A DNA stretch of 64,000 nt from Candidatus Krumholzibacteriota bacterium. Its GTDB lineage: Bacteria > Krumholzibacteriota > Krumholzibacteriia > JAJRXK01. Made by a program: the position numbers and the translations under genes. The DNA lies in NCBI GenBank assembly GCA_963806035.1, contig CAWDWO010000023.1, positions 1 to 64,000 of the forward strand, read 5' to 3'. The notes beneath the pieces are model-generated. The model had not been told where the DNA came from. It searched no databases and was given only the letters and a program-made list of their open reading frames with translations. Positions 38,218-45,907 of this stretch are shown here, piece by piece (positions within the stretch are counted from its first letter, which is position 1; every line of letters begins with the position of its first letter).

Positions 38218-40719
38218 TTGGCAAACCGGAAGACACCGAAGAGTGCAGGGGAAGAGGCCACTGCGGCTGAACTGCCCGAGGATGCTCCTCTCGAAACGGT
38301 TTTCTCGAATCTGAAGGCCGATGCGAAGGGCTTGGGCAGTGATGAAGCAAAGCAACGCTTCTCGCACTACGGCCCCAACGAACTCGCCGAAAAAAAGCGG
38401 AATGCACTCCTCCAGCTCCTTCGATATTTCTGGGGACCCATTCCCTGGATGATCGAGATTGCTGCCATCCTCTCGGCGGTTGTCGGCCATTGGGCCGATC
38501 TGGCGATCATTCTCGCCCTCCTGCTGGTGAATGCCCTCGTGGGATTCTGGGAGGAGTTCCAGGCGGGAAACACGCTGGACGCCCTCAAGGCGAAGCTCGC
38601 TCTCGAGGCCCAGGCCCTGCGCGATGGGGACTGGAGGATGATCCCGGCCCGCGAGCTGGTTCCGGGTGACGTGGTGCGACTCCGCCTGGGCAACGTCGTG
38701 CCCGCCGACGTCCGCGTGCTGGACGAGGGTGAGGTTGAGGTCGACCAGTCCAGCCTCACCGGAGAGTCCCTTCCGGTGTCCCGCTCCACAGGCAATCCGC
38801 TGTACGCGGGATCCGTGATCCGTAGAGGAGAAACCAAGGCCATCGTCTCGGCCACAGGCCCCGCGACTTTCTTCGGTCACACGGCCCAGCTCGTCGAGTC
38901 TTCCGGGGTGGAAAGTCACTTCCAGCGTGCTGTGCTGAAAATCGGCGACTACCTGATTGCGCTCGCAGTAGCTCTGGTCGCGATCATCCTGGGCGTCGCG
39001 TTGTTCCGGGGCGACCCGATGCTCACGACGCTGCAGTTCGCCCTGGTTTTGACGGTGGCCGCCATCCCCGTCGCCATGCCGGCCGTGCTCTCGGTGACCA
39101 TGGCGGTAGGGGCCCGGCTGCTCACGGCCAAAAAGGCCATCGTGACCCGACTCGCCGCCATCGAGGAGCTCGCAGGGGTCGACGTACTCTGTTCGGACAA
39201 GACGGGCACGCTCACCCAGAACCACTTGACTCTGGGTGAACCCTTTATCATGGAGGGCTCCACCGCCGAAGAGGTACTGGAGGCTGCGGCATACGCCTCG
39301 CGGACCGAAGACCACGACCCGATCGACGACGCCGTGCTCGGCGCCACCCCGGAGTCCCTCCCCCGCTCCCAAGTGAAGCGGATCGCCTATTACCCGTTCA
39401 ACCCCACCGAGAAGCGCACCGAGGCCACGCTCCAGGGGGAGAACGGGAAAACCTGGAAAGTCACCAAAGGAGCACCACAGGTCGTGCTCGATCTCGTCGC
39501 CGATCCGAAAATCCAGGTGGTCGTGGATGACGCGATCGAGGACTTCGCCTCGCGCGGCCTCCGCGCACTCGGCGTGGCGCGAACGGATGACAATGGTGTG
39601 TGGCGTCTTCTTGGAATCCTTCCGCTACTCGATCCCCCCCGCGAGGATTCCGCCGCTACCGTGAAACGTCTTCAAGAGGCGGGCGTGAGGGTCAAGATGG
39701 TCACAGGAGACCAGCTCCCCATCGCGCGCGAGATCGCACGGCGCATAGGACTGGGAACGAATCTGCTCGATGCTTCGCTCTTTACGGGTAAGCATTCGCG
39801 CGGCGCCATCCGTGACGAGAGAGCGATCGAAGAGGCCGACGGCTTTGCGCAGGTCTTCCCCGAACACAAGCATCACGTGGTGCATGTCCTACAGAAGGAA
39901 GGGCACATCGTGGGCATGACCGGCGACGGGGTCAACGACGCCCCGGCTTGCGGGCAGGCCGACGTGGGGATCGCTGTCTCCGGGGCGACGGATGTGGCTC
40001 GTTCGGCAGCCGATCTCGTACTGCTCGAGCCAGGATTGTCCGTCATTGCCGACGCGGTTGCGGAAAGCCGTCGCATCTTCCAGCGCATGCGCAGCTACGC
40101 GATCTATCGCATCACCGAGACGATTCGAGTGCTGTTCTTCATGACCCTCTCGATCATCGTCTTCAATTTCTATCCAGTGACCGCAATCATGATCGTGCTG
40201 CTCGCTCTACTCAACGATGGAGCCATTCTGTCGATAGCCTACGATCGGGCCACTGGATCGAGCCACCCCGACGCATGGCGCATGCCCACGGTGCTTGGGG
40301 TCGCGACCGTTTTGGGCCTACTGGGCGTCTTCGAGTCATTCGGCTTGTTCTACCTGTGTGAACGCGTGCTGCATTTGGATTTGGACGTCATCCGAACCTT
40401 GATTTATCTGAAACTATCCGTGTCGGGGCATCTGACGATCTTCGTCACGCGGACGCGCGGCCCGTTCTGGTCGTCGCGCCCCTCGGGCATCCTTTTGTCA
40501 GCAGTGCTGTGTACGCAGGGCTTGGCGACACTGATCACCGTGTATGGTATCTTCATGACGCCGATCGGCTGGACTCTGGCCCTGGGAGTCTGGGGCTATT
40601 CGTTGTTCTGGTTCTTCATGGAGGATCGTCTGAAGCCCGTTGCGTTCCGCATTTTCGATCATCAGCAAATCGGTATGCTGAGCCAATACCACGCCAACAA
40701 GAAGCGAGTGTCGCGATAG
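38218..40719 (+). CDS. Plasma-membrane proton-efflux P-type ATPase (type IIIA)
   Basis: FWGPIPWMIE, LTGESLP, IPVAMPAV, CSDKTGTLT, KGAPQV, DPPR, TGDGVNDAP, LLNDG..LSIAYD. Confidence 0.92.
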   Translation: MANRKTPKSAGEEATAAELPEDAPLETVFSNLKADAKGLGSDEAKQRFSHYGPNELAEKKRNALLQLLRYFWGPIPWMIEIAAILSAVVGHWADLAIILALLLVNALVGFWEEFQAGNTLDALKAKLALEAQALRDGDWRMIPARELVPGDVVRLRLGNVVPADVRVLDEGEVEVDQSSLTGESLPVSRSTGNPLYAGSVIRRGETKAIVSATGPATFFGHTAQLVESSGVESHFQRAVLKIGDYLIALAVALVAIILGVALFRGDPMLTTLQFALVLTVAAIPVAMPAVLSVTMAVGARLLTAKKAIVTRLAAIEELAGVDVLCSDKTGTLTQNHLTLGEPFIMEGSTAEEVLEAAAYASRTEDHDPIDDAVLGATPESLPRSQVKRIAYYPFNPTEKRTEATLQGENGKTWKVTKGAPQVVLDLVADPKIQVVVDDAIEDFASRGLRALGVARTDDNGVWRLLGILPLLDPPREDSAATVKRLQEAGVRVKMVTGDQLPIAREIARRIGLGTNLLDASLFTGKHSRGAIRDERAIEEADGFAQVFPEHKHHVVHVLQKEGHIVGMTGDGVNDAPACGQADVGIAVSGATDVARSAADLVLLEPGLSVIADAVAESRRIFQRMRSYAIYRITETIRVLFFMTLSIIVFNFYPVTAIMIVLLALLNDGAILSIAYDRATGSSHPDAWRMPTVLGVATVLGLLGVFESFGLFYLCERVLHLDLDVIRTLIYLKLSVSGHLTIFVTRTRGPFWSSRPSGILLSAVLCTQGLATLITVYGIFMTPIGWTLALGVWGYSLFWFFMEDRLKPVAFRIFDHQQIGMLSQYHANKKRVSR

Positions 40720-40748
40720 CAGGAGCTGGTTCTGAAGAGGAGAGGGCA

Positions 40749-41267
40749 ATGAAGAAAGATGAAATCAACAAACCACCAGAGAATGTACCAGATGTCGCAC
40801 TTCTCCTGGAGCAATTGGGGGCCTACGACGTAGCGGTGAGACAGAATGCTCGCAAGACCCTTCAGAGTCTGGGCGAATCGGTCCTGCCTCAGATGGTGGA
40901 AATGTTGCCCAAAGCGGATTTCGTCCTGCGCTGGGAGATCATCAAAGCCCTCAGCGAAATGCGCCTGGTCGCCGCCGTACCCACGCTCATCGAGGCAATG
41001 GAGGACGACGAACCTGATGTGCGCTGGGTAGCCGCCGAGGGCCTCGCCCACCTCGGCCGAGATGGCCTGCGGCCCCTGCTTCGGGCGATCATCAGCAACC
41101 CCGATTCGATCTATCTCCACCGGGGCGCACACCATGTCCTGACGAAGTACAAGCAGAAGGATCTGCACGAAGCCCTCGCACGACTGCGTGACGCCCTCTC
41201 TCCCCTGGCAGTGGAGGAGGACGCGGTGGTGTTGGCCGAGGAAGCACTCAAGACACTGGAGAAATGA
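40749..41267 (+). CDS. HEAT-repeat protein
   Basis: VRQNARKTL, LRWEIIKAL, DDEPDVRWVAAEGL. Confidence 0.8.
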   Translation: MKKDEINKPPENVPDVALLLEQLGAYDVAVRQNARKTLQSLGESVLPQMVEMLPKADFVLRWEIIKALSEMRLVAAVPTLIEAMEDDEPDVRWVAAEGLAHLGRDGLRPLLRAIISNPDSIYLHRGAHHVLTKYKQKDLHEALARLRDALSPLAVEEDAVVLAEEALKTLEK

Positions 41268-41415
41268 CCGGCGCACGTTCCGATCAGAGGCCCAGAGTCA
41301 CTGCGGCGCGTAGCTAGGATCTCGTCGTCGCAGAGGGCGATGCGAGCCAGGACCGCTGCAAGCAGCTGTTTCCTTCCTCTCCCCGGATGGCAATCCGTAT
41401 CTCGCTGTGCAGCCA

Positions 41416-41919
41416 CTAATAGCTCGCCTTGAGTGTTCCCCAGCTAGCATCGGTGACGGGAACGGGAAGACACGGTTCGGGGGTTGGGGACACGAGATTG
41501 CCCCAGAATTCATCCAGCGTGCAGGTATCAGGCAAGCCACAGAGGATCGAGTAGGTGGTATTCGTCTCGATGGTGCCATGAATGGAAGTGCCGGTGATCG
41601 TCGCATACATTTCCGTATCGACCGTCCAGAGGCAGTCGAAGTAGGCCAGAGGCTCCGTACAAACTACATGGACGGTGACATCGCTGAGCGCCCCGCCGGA
41701 ACAGTCCCCTCCTAGCTCGAGGATGGGAGTTCCCGCGCAGATCGTGTCACGCTCACTCCAGTGCTCGAGTATGGCTCCGCCATCACAGATTTTTTTCGAA
41801 TGGTCGAAATCCCAGATCCCCTGCCAGTTCGAAGGCCACACGGGGTCCTGGGCCCTCGAGGGCACTGGCCACAGGAATGAAAGGGAGAGTAGCAAAATCA
41901 ATGATTTCAGTGTCTTCAT
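41416..41919 (-). CDS. Secreted Cys-rich protein with C-terminal SWGTLKASY (paralog of 24458-24961)
   Basis: Signal peptide; WQGIWDFD, ERDTICAG, CGLPDTC; GAGGAGG RBS. Confidence 0.75.
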   Translation of the reverse strand: MKTLKSLILLLSLSFLWPVPSRAQDPVWPSNWQGIWDFDHSKKICDGGAILEHWSERDTICAGTPILELGGDCSGGALSDVTVHVVCTEPLAYFDCLWTVDTEMYATITGTSIHGTIETNTTYSILCGLPDTCTLDEFWGNLVSPTPEPCLPVPVTDASWGTLKASY

Positions 41920-42011
41920 TGGGCCTCCTCAGCATGGGACTGGGAGCACCTCCATTGAACACCACTTCCATCATCTTGGTCAAGCACCCCACTGAAGCTC
42001 ATTTTCGTGAT

Positions 42012-42087
42012 TGGTGGGCCCCCTGGGACTCGAACCCAGCACCTACGGATTAAAAGTCCGTTGCTCTACCTGATGAGCTAGAGGCCC
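42012..42087 (-). tRNA. tRNA-Lys (TTT)
   Basis: GGGCCTCTAGCTCATCAGGTAGAGCAACGGACTTTTAATCCGTAGGTGCTGGGTTCGAGTCCCAGGGGGCCCACCA. Confidence 0.97.
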
Positions 42088-42230
42088 ACCTGTGACAGCC
42101 TCGCGAGCGCGAGACCGCAGGAGGAGTGCCGTCGCCTGTGGGGCGGCGGCGGACCGGTAGTGTAGCCAGGAAGGCCCGGGCAAGCAACCGCGGGAAGCTA
42201 TGGAGTGGAAATCGAAAGCGCAGCGCGCGC

Positions 42231-43145
42231 TCAGGGCAGGAAGAACTTGGACTTGTCCGAATCCCCGCCCTTGACGGGCTTGATCGCTTTGGTGTGCGAA
42301 GCGCTGGCCGAGAGCACCACGACTCGGTCCTCGGGCTCGGGGATCTGGAAGACCTCTTTCCCGTTCACCCGCTGCCAACCCTTCTTCGGTGGAGGCGGCT
42401 TCTCTGCCAAGAGCTCCTTGGCGCTGACGACGGGCTCGGCCTCCAGGCTGCCCAAGGCACGCTCGATGTCGGGATGAATCTCCTCGAGCTCGGGAACGAC
42501 TGGCTTTTCGGGCTTGGAGGAAGATGAGGGGTTGGTGCTGATGGATGCGCGCCGGAAGAGGCAATGCAGAAGGTCTCCGCGCAGAACTCGCGCAGCCGCG
42601 ATGAACTGCATCCGCTGCTGCTCCCCCGCGGCCGGTGCGTAGAGAACCGCGCCCTTGTCTCCGACCTCCAGGGAAATCGGTTGTAGCGGGTGGTGCATCT
42701 TGAAGGCGGCGAATTCACGCAGCACGCGCTGCACCACTTCCCTTGCCGTTGCATCCAGAGCCTGCTCCGGCGTCAGATTCCAGCCCATGTGCAAGCTGGC
42801 TGAGTCGGCTTTCTTCTGTCTGCTCAGAAGTTGTAGGCCGCGCGCGGGTGTGTGCTGGCTCAGTTCGACGAGGAACACCTCACGCATGTCGCTCCCCCAT
42901 CCCTTGCGCGCGGAGAAGTAGCGACCACTCCCATCGGTTCCCACCAGAATGTCTCTGAGTCCGGCTTTTGCCCAGTTCTCCGGCAGGGTCCTCAGGACCG
43001 TTTCGAACTCGCCTCCCTTGGGGCGATGCATGTGATGACGCTGCGCCAGGACATCGAGTCGCCTGCGCCGCCGCCACCACTGAAGGCCATAGGATCCGAT
43101 GGCCGCGGTCGCCAGAGCAAGAATGATCAGGTAGAGCCAGTGCAT
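42231..43145 (-). CDS. Hypothetical membrane-anchored protein
   Basis: N-terminal TM followed by an Arg run; low-complexity C-terminal tail. Confidence 0.55.
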   Translation of the reverse strand: MHWLYLIILALATAAIGSYGLQWWRRRRRLDVLAQRHHMHRPKGGEFETVLRTLPENWAKAGLRDILVGTDGSGRYFSARKGWGSDMREVFLVELSQHTPARGLQLLSRQKKADSASLHMGWNLTPEQALDATAREVVQRVLREFAAFKMHHPLQPISLEVGDKGAVLYAPAAGEQQRMQFIAAARVLRGDLLHCLFRRASISTNPSSSSKPEKPVVPELEEIHPDIERALGSLEAEPVVSAKELLAEKPPPPKKGWQRVNGKEVFQIPEPEDRVVVLSASASHTKAIKPVKGGDSDKSKFFLP

Positions 43146-43300
43146 CGATTTAAGACCTCAGACTGCAACAGAACAGGATATGTGCCAAAAGGCCGTCAAA
43201 GCCTGGTAGAGCCGAGTCGCTCCGCGTCGTACCGCGGATGAGGTCTTGAGGGCTTAGAGTCCCTCCGCCCGTGGCAACGAAGCTGGAATTCTGCAAGTCC

Positions 43301-44590
43301 TCAGGCTTCGCCGCGATCGATGAAATGGTCGCGTTGGGGGCCGGTGGAGACGAAGCGGACCCGGCAACCCGTGAGCTTCTCCAGCTCCGTGATGTAGTTG
43401 CGGGTATTCTCCGGCAGATCCTCGAAGCGCTTGGCCCCGGAGAGTTCGCCCTCCCAGCCCGGGAATTCGGTGAAACGCGGCTTGCAACGTTCCAGCCGCA
43501 GGGCGTCATCGGGGAAAGAATCGACTCTCTCGTCGTCGATCATGTACCCCGTGCAGACCTTGATTCGTTCCATGCCGCTGAGAACGTCCAGCTTGGTCAA
43601 GGCCAGTTCGGTGGCGCCGTTGATGTCGACCGCGTACCTGGCGGCAACCGCGTCAAACCAACCGGGACGCCGCGGACGACCTGTGGTCGCGCCAAACTCG
43701 TGCCCGAGCCGTCGCAGCTCCTCTGCCTCGTCACCATGCAGTTCGGTGGGAAAGGGCCCGTTGCCCACGCGCGTGCAATAGGCCTTCATCACCAGGGTCA
43801 CCGCGCTGATGCGCCAGGGCGAAAGCCCGGTGCCAATCAGCGCTCCTCCCACCGTGCAGCTGCTAGAGGTCACGAAGGGGTAGCTCCCGTGATCGATATC
43901 CAAGAGAGTGCCCTGCGCCCCCTCCAGGAGAGCATTCCAGGCCCCGTTGCGCACGGGCGCCATGAACTCATGGGGGCTTGCGATCATCGGCCGCAGGCGC
44001 TGGGCCTGTTCCACCAGCTCGACCGCGATTGCCTCCGCCGCCAAGGCGGGGGCCTCGAAGCGCGCCGCGATGTACTGGTTCGCGCGCAGAACTTTCTCGA
44101 TCACCAAGCGCTTCAAGTTTTCATCACTGCGAAGGAGGTCCGAGGCGCGCATCCCCATGCGCGCCATCTTGTCCTCGTAAGTGGGGCCGATGCCGCAGCC
44201 GGTGGTGCCGATGCTCTTGCGCTGCAGGCTCTTTTCGCGCAGCTCGTCGACCCGGCGGTGAAAGGGCAGTACCAGGTGGGCCGAGGTGGCGATGTGGACC
44301 CGGCCTTCCACATCGATGCCCGCCTTCTTCAGTTCATCCAGTTCGTCCAGCAGGGCCCAGGTGTCCACCACCATCGCGGCCCCGAGGAAGCAGCGAACTT
44401 TTTCGTGCAGAATCCCGGTCGGGAGCAAGTGGAGCACGAACTCCTGGTTTCCCACTTTCACGGTGTGGCCGGCGTTGGCGCCGCCCTGAAAACGTGCCAC
44501 GAGATCCACGTCCGCCGCGAGGCAGTCCACGATCTTCCCCTTGCCCTCATCCCCCCACTGACCACCCAGAACCACGCGTACCGTCTGCAT
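43301..44590 (-). CDS. purA: Adenylosuccinate synthetase
   Basis: GGQWGDEGKGK, GGANAGHT, EGAQG, GATTGRPRR, TKLDVL. Confidence 0.97.
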   Translation of the reverse strand: MQTVRVVLGGQWGDEGKGKIVDCLAADVDLVARFQGGANAGHTVKVGNQEFVLHLLPTGILHEKVRCFLGAAMVVDTWALLDELDELKKAGIDVEGRVHIATSAHLVLPFHRRVDELREKSLQRKSIGTTGCGIGPTYEDKMARMGMRASDLLRSDENLKRLVIEKVLRANQYIAARFEAPALAAEAIAVELVEQAQRLRPMIASPHEFMAPVRNGAWNALLEGAQGTLLDIDHGSYPFVTSSSCTVGGALIGTGLSPWRISAVTLVMKAYCTRVGNGPFPTELHGDEAEELRRLGHEFGATTGRPRRPGWFDAVAARYAVDINGATELALTKLDVLSGMERIKVCTGYMIDDERVDSFPDDALRLERCKPRFTEFPGWEGELSGAKRFEDLPENTRNYITELEKLTGCRVRFVSTGPQRDHFIDRGEA

Positions 44591-44671
44591 CGCCTGCTTC
44601 ACCTCGCAAAAAAACACGCCTCCAACACAAGGCTGGTCGGCTGAAACAACAAGGGCTTGCACCCGGATGGA

Positions 44672-45127
44672 CTATCGGTATTTGAACTTGTTCGATTCTC
44701 CGAACACGGCCTTGAGAATACCCCAGCTCCGATCGTTGATCGAGGCACGGGTGCAGTCGACGACACCGGGGTTGCTGTTCTGTTCATTGCGCGTGGGATC
44801 CTGCACATAAGGACCTGTCCACTGCGTACCGGTGTAGTCGCCCAACTCGGCGCCGTTGATGCACTGGTCGCCGTCACTGTCGCGCTTGGCGATCTGCTCG
44901 TTCCAAACGCGACCAAGCGAATTCCAGTCGACACCGAAGGGATTCAACTGCGTTGCCAAAGAGGGATCGTTGTCGAGCGCGCTCTCGGAAGAGGTATGGC
45001 AGGTCAGACAACGTGCCGGTTCATAGGTGGGAAGACTCCACATATCCGAGCGCGTGGCCCGGGCGGAACCTGGCCCCAGCATGCCGAACAACAGAAGGCA
45101 CGAGAGCAGAAAGAGGCCTCGACGCAT
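44672..45127 (-). CDS. Secreted CxxCH protein with temptin-like motif and SWGILKAVF
   Basis: Signal peptide; CLTCH; LNPFGVDW...DSDGDQCINGAELGD. Confidence 0.7.
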   Translation of the reverse strand: MRRGLFLLSCLLLFGMLGPGSARATRSDMWSLPTYEPARCLTCHTSSESALDNDPSLATQLNPFGVDWNSLGRVWNEQIAKRDSDGDQCINGAELGDYTGTQWTGPYVQDPTRNEQNSNPGVVDCTRASINDRSWGILKAVFGESNKFKYR

Positions 45128-45284
45128 GACTCGTACGGTAGCCAGTTTCGTATCCCCCTACTCCTCGGAGGCAGTCCAGGTTCAGCGCGCCGCAGCGCGC
45201 GCGAACTCTGCACTGCCACTTACCAGAAGCATGCCAAGGAGTCCGCAGACTTGTGTTCAGTATAGAACCCCGCGGCCTGAAAGG

Positions 45285-45902
45285 TCAATCGCCCGTAGGT
45301 GGAGGATTTTCCGCAGCTTGCGGCCTCAGATGGTCCTCGACCCAGGCCCAAATCTCCTCGTGGCCCAAGCGGTCCTTGGCGGAGCTGACGATGACCCCGG
45401 TCGTCGCCGGAAGTCCCAATCCTGAAAGATGTTCCACCACTTTGTCTTCGCGCTTCGAGGCGGGGACCTTGTCCGCTTTGGTGAAAATAATGCAAAAGTT
45501 ACGGTTGAAGCGAAGCAAGTCCCGCAGCCGGGCCCGGTCGTCCGGGGTCACTCCGACCTTGAGGTCGATGAGCTGGAAGACCCCGCGCAGCTGCGAGCGG
45601 GTGGAGAGATAGGCCCGGCTGGCCCCGGCCCAGCGGCGCCGTTCGGCTTGCGAAGTGCGCGCATAGCCGTAGCCCGGCATGTCCACCAAGTGCCAGCTCT
45701 GATCCACGAGGTAGTAGCTCAGGGCGCGCGTCTTGCCGGGCTGTCCGCTCGTGTGAGCCACGCGCCGCCTACCCACCAGCAAATTGAGCAGGGAAGACTT
45801 CCCCACGTTGGAGCGGCCGCTGAAAGCCATCTCGGGCAGCTCCGAATCCGGGCAGTGGGCGAGATCGGGCGCCAGGGTGATCAATTCGACTTCGTGATGC
45901 AT
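45285..45902 (-). CDS. engB: Ribosome biogenesis GTPase EngB/YihA/YsxC
   Basis: GRSNVGKSS, PGKT, DMPGYGYA, TKADK. Confidence 0.95.
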   Translation of the reverse strand: MHHEVELITLAPDLAHCPDSELPEMAFSGRSNVGKSSLLNLLVGRRRVAHTSGQPGKTRALSYYLVDQSWHLVDMPGYGYARTSQAERRRWAGASRAYLSTRSQLRGVFQLIDLKVGVTPDDRARLRDLLRFNRNFCIIFTKADKVPASKREDKVVEHLSGLGLPATTGVIVSSAKDRLGHEEIWAWVEDHLRPQAAENPPPTGD

Positions 45903-45907
45903 CAGCT

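Noticed and set aside
36300..42087. Genomic island integrated at tRNA-Lys
   Set aside because: Accessory genes lie at the tRNA 3' side, but I found no integrase and no duplicated tRNA 3' end.
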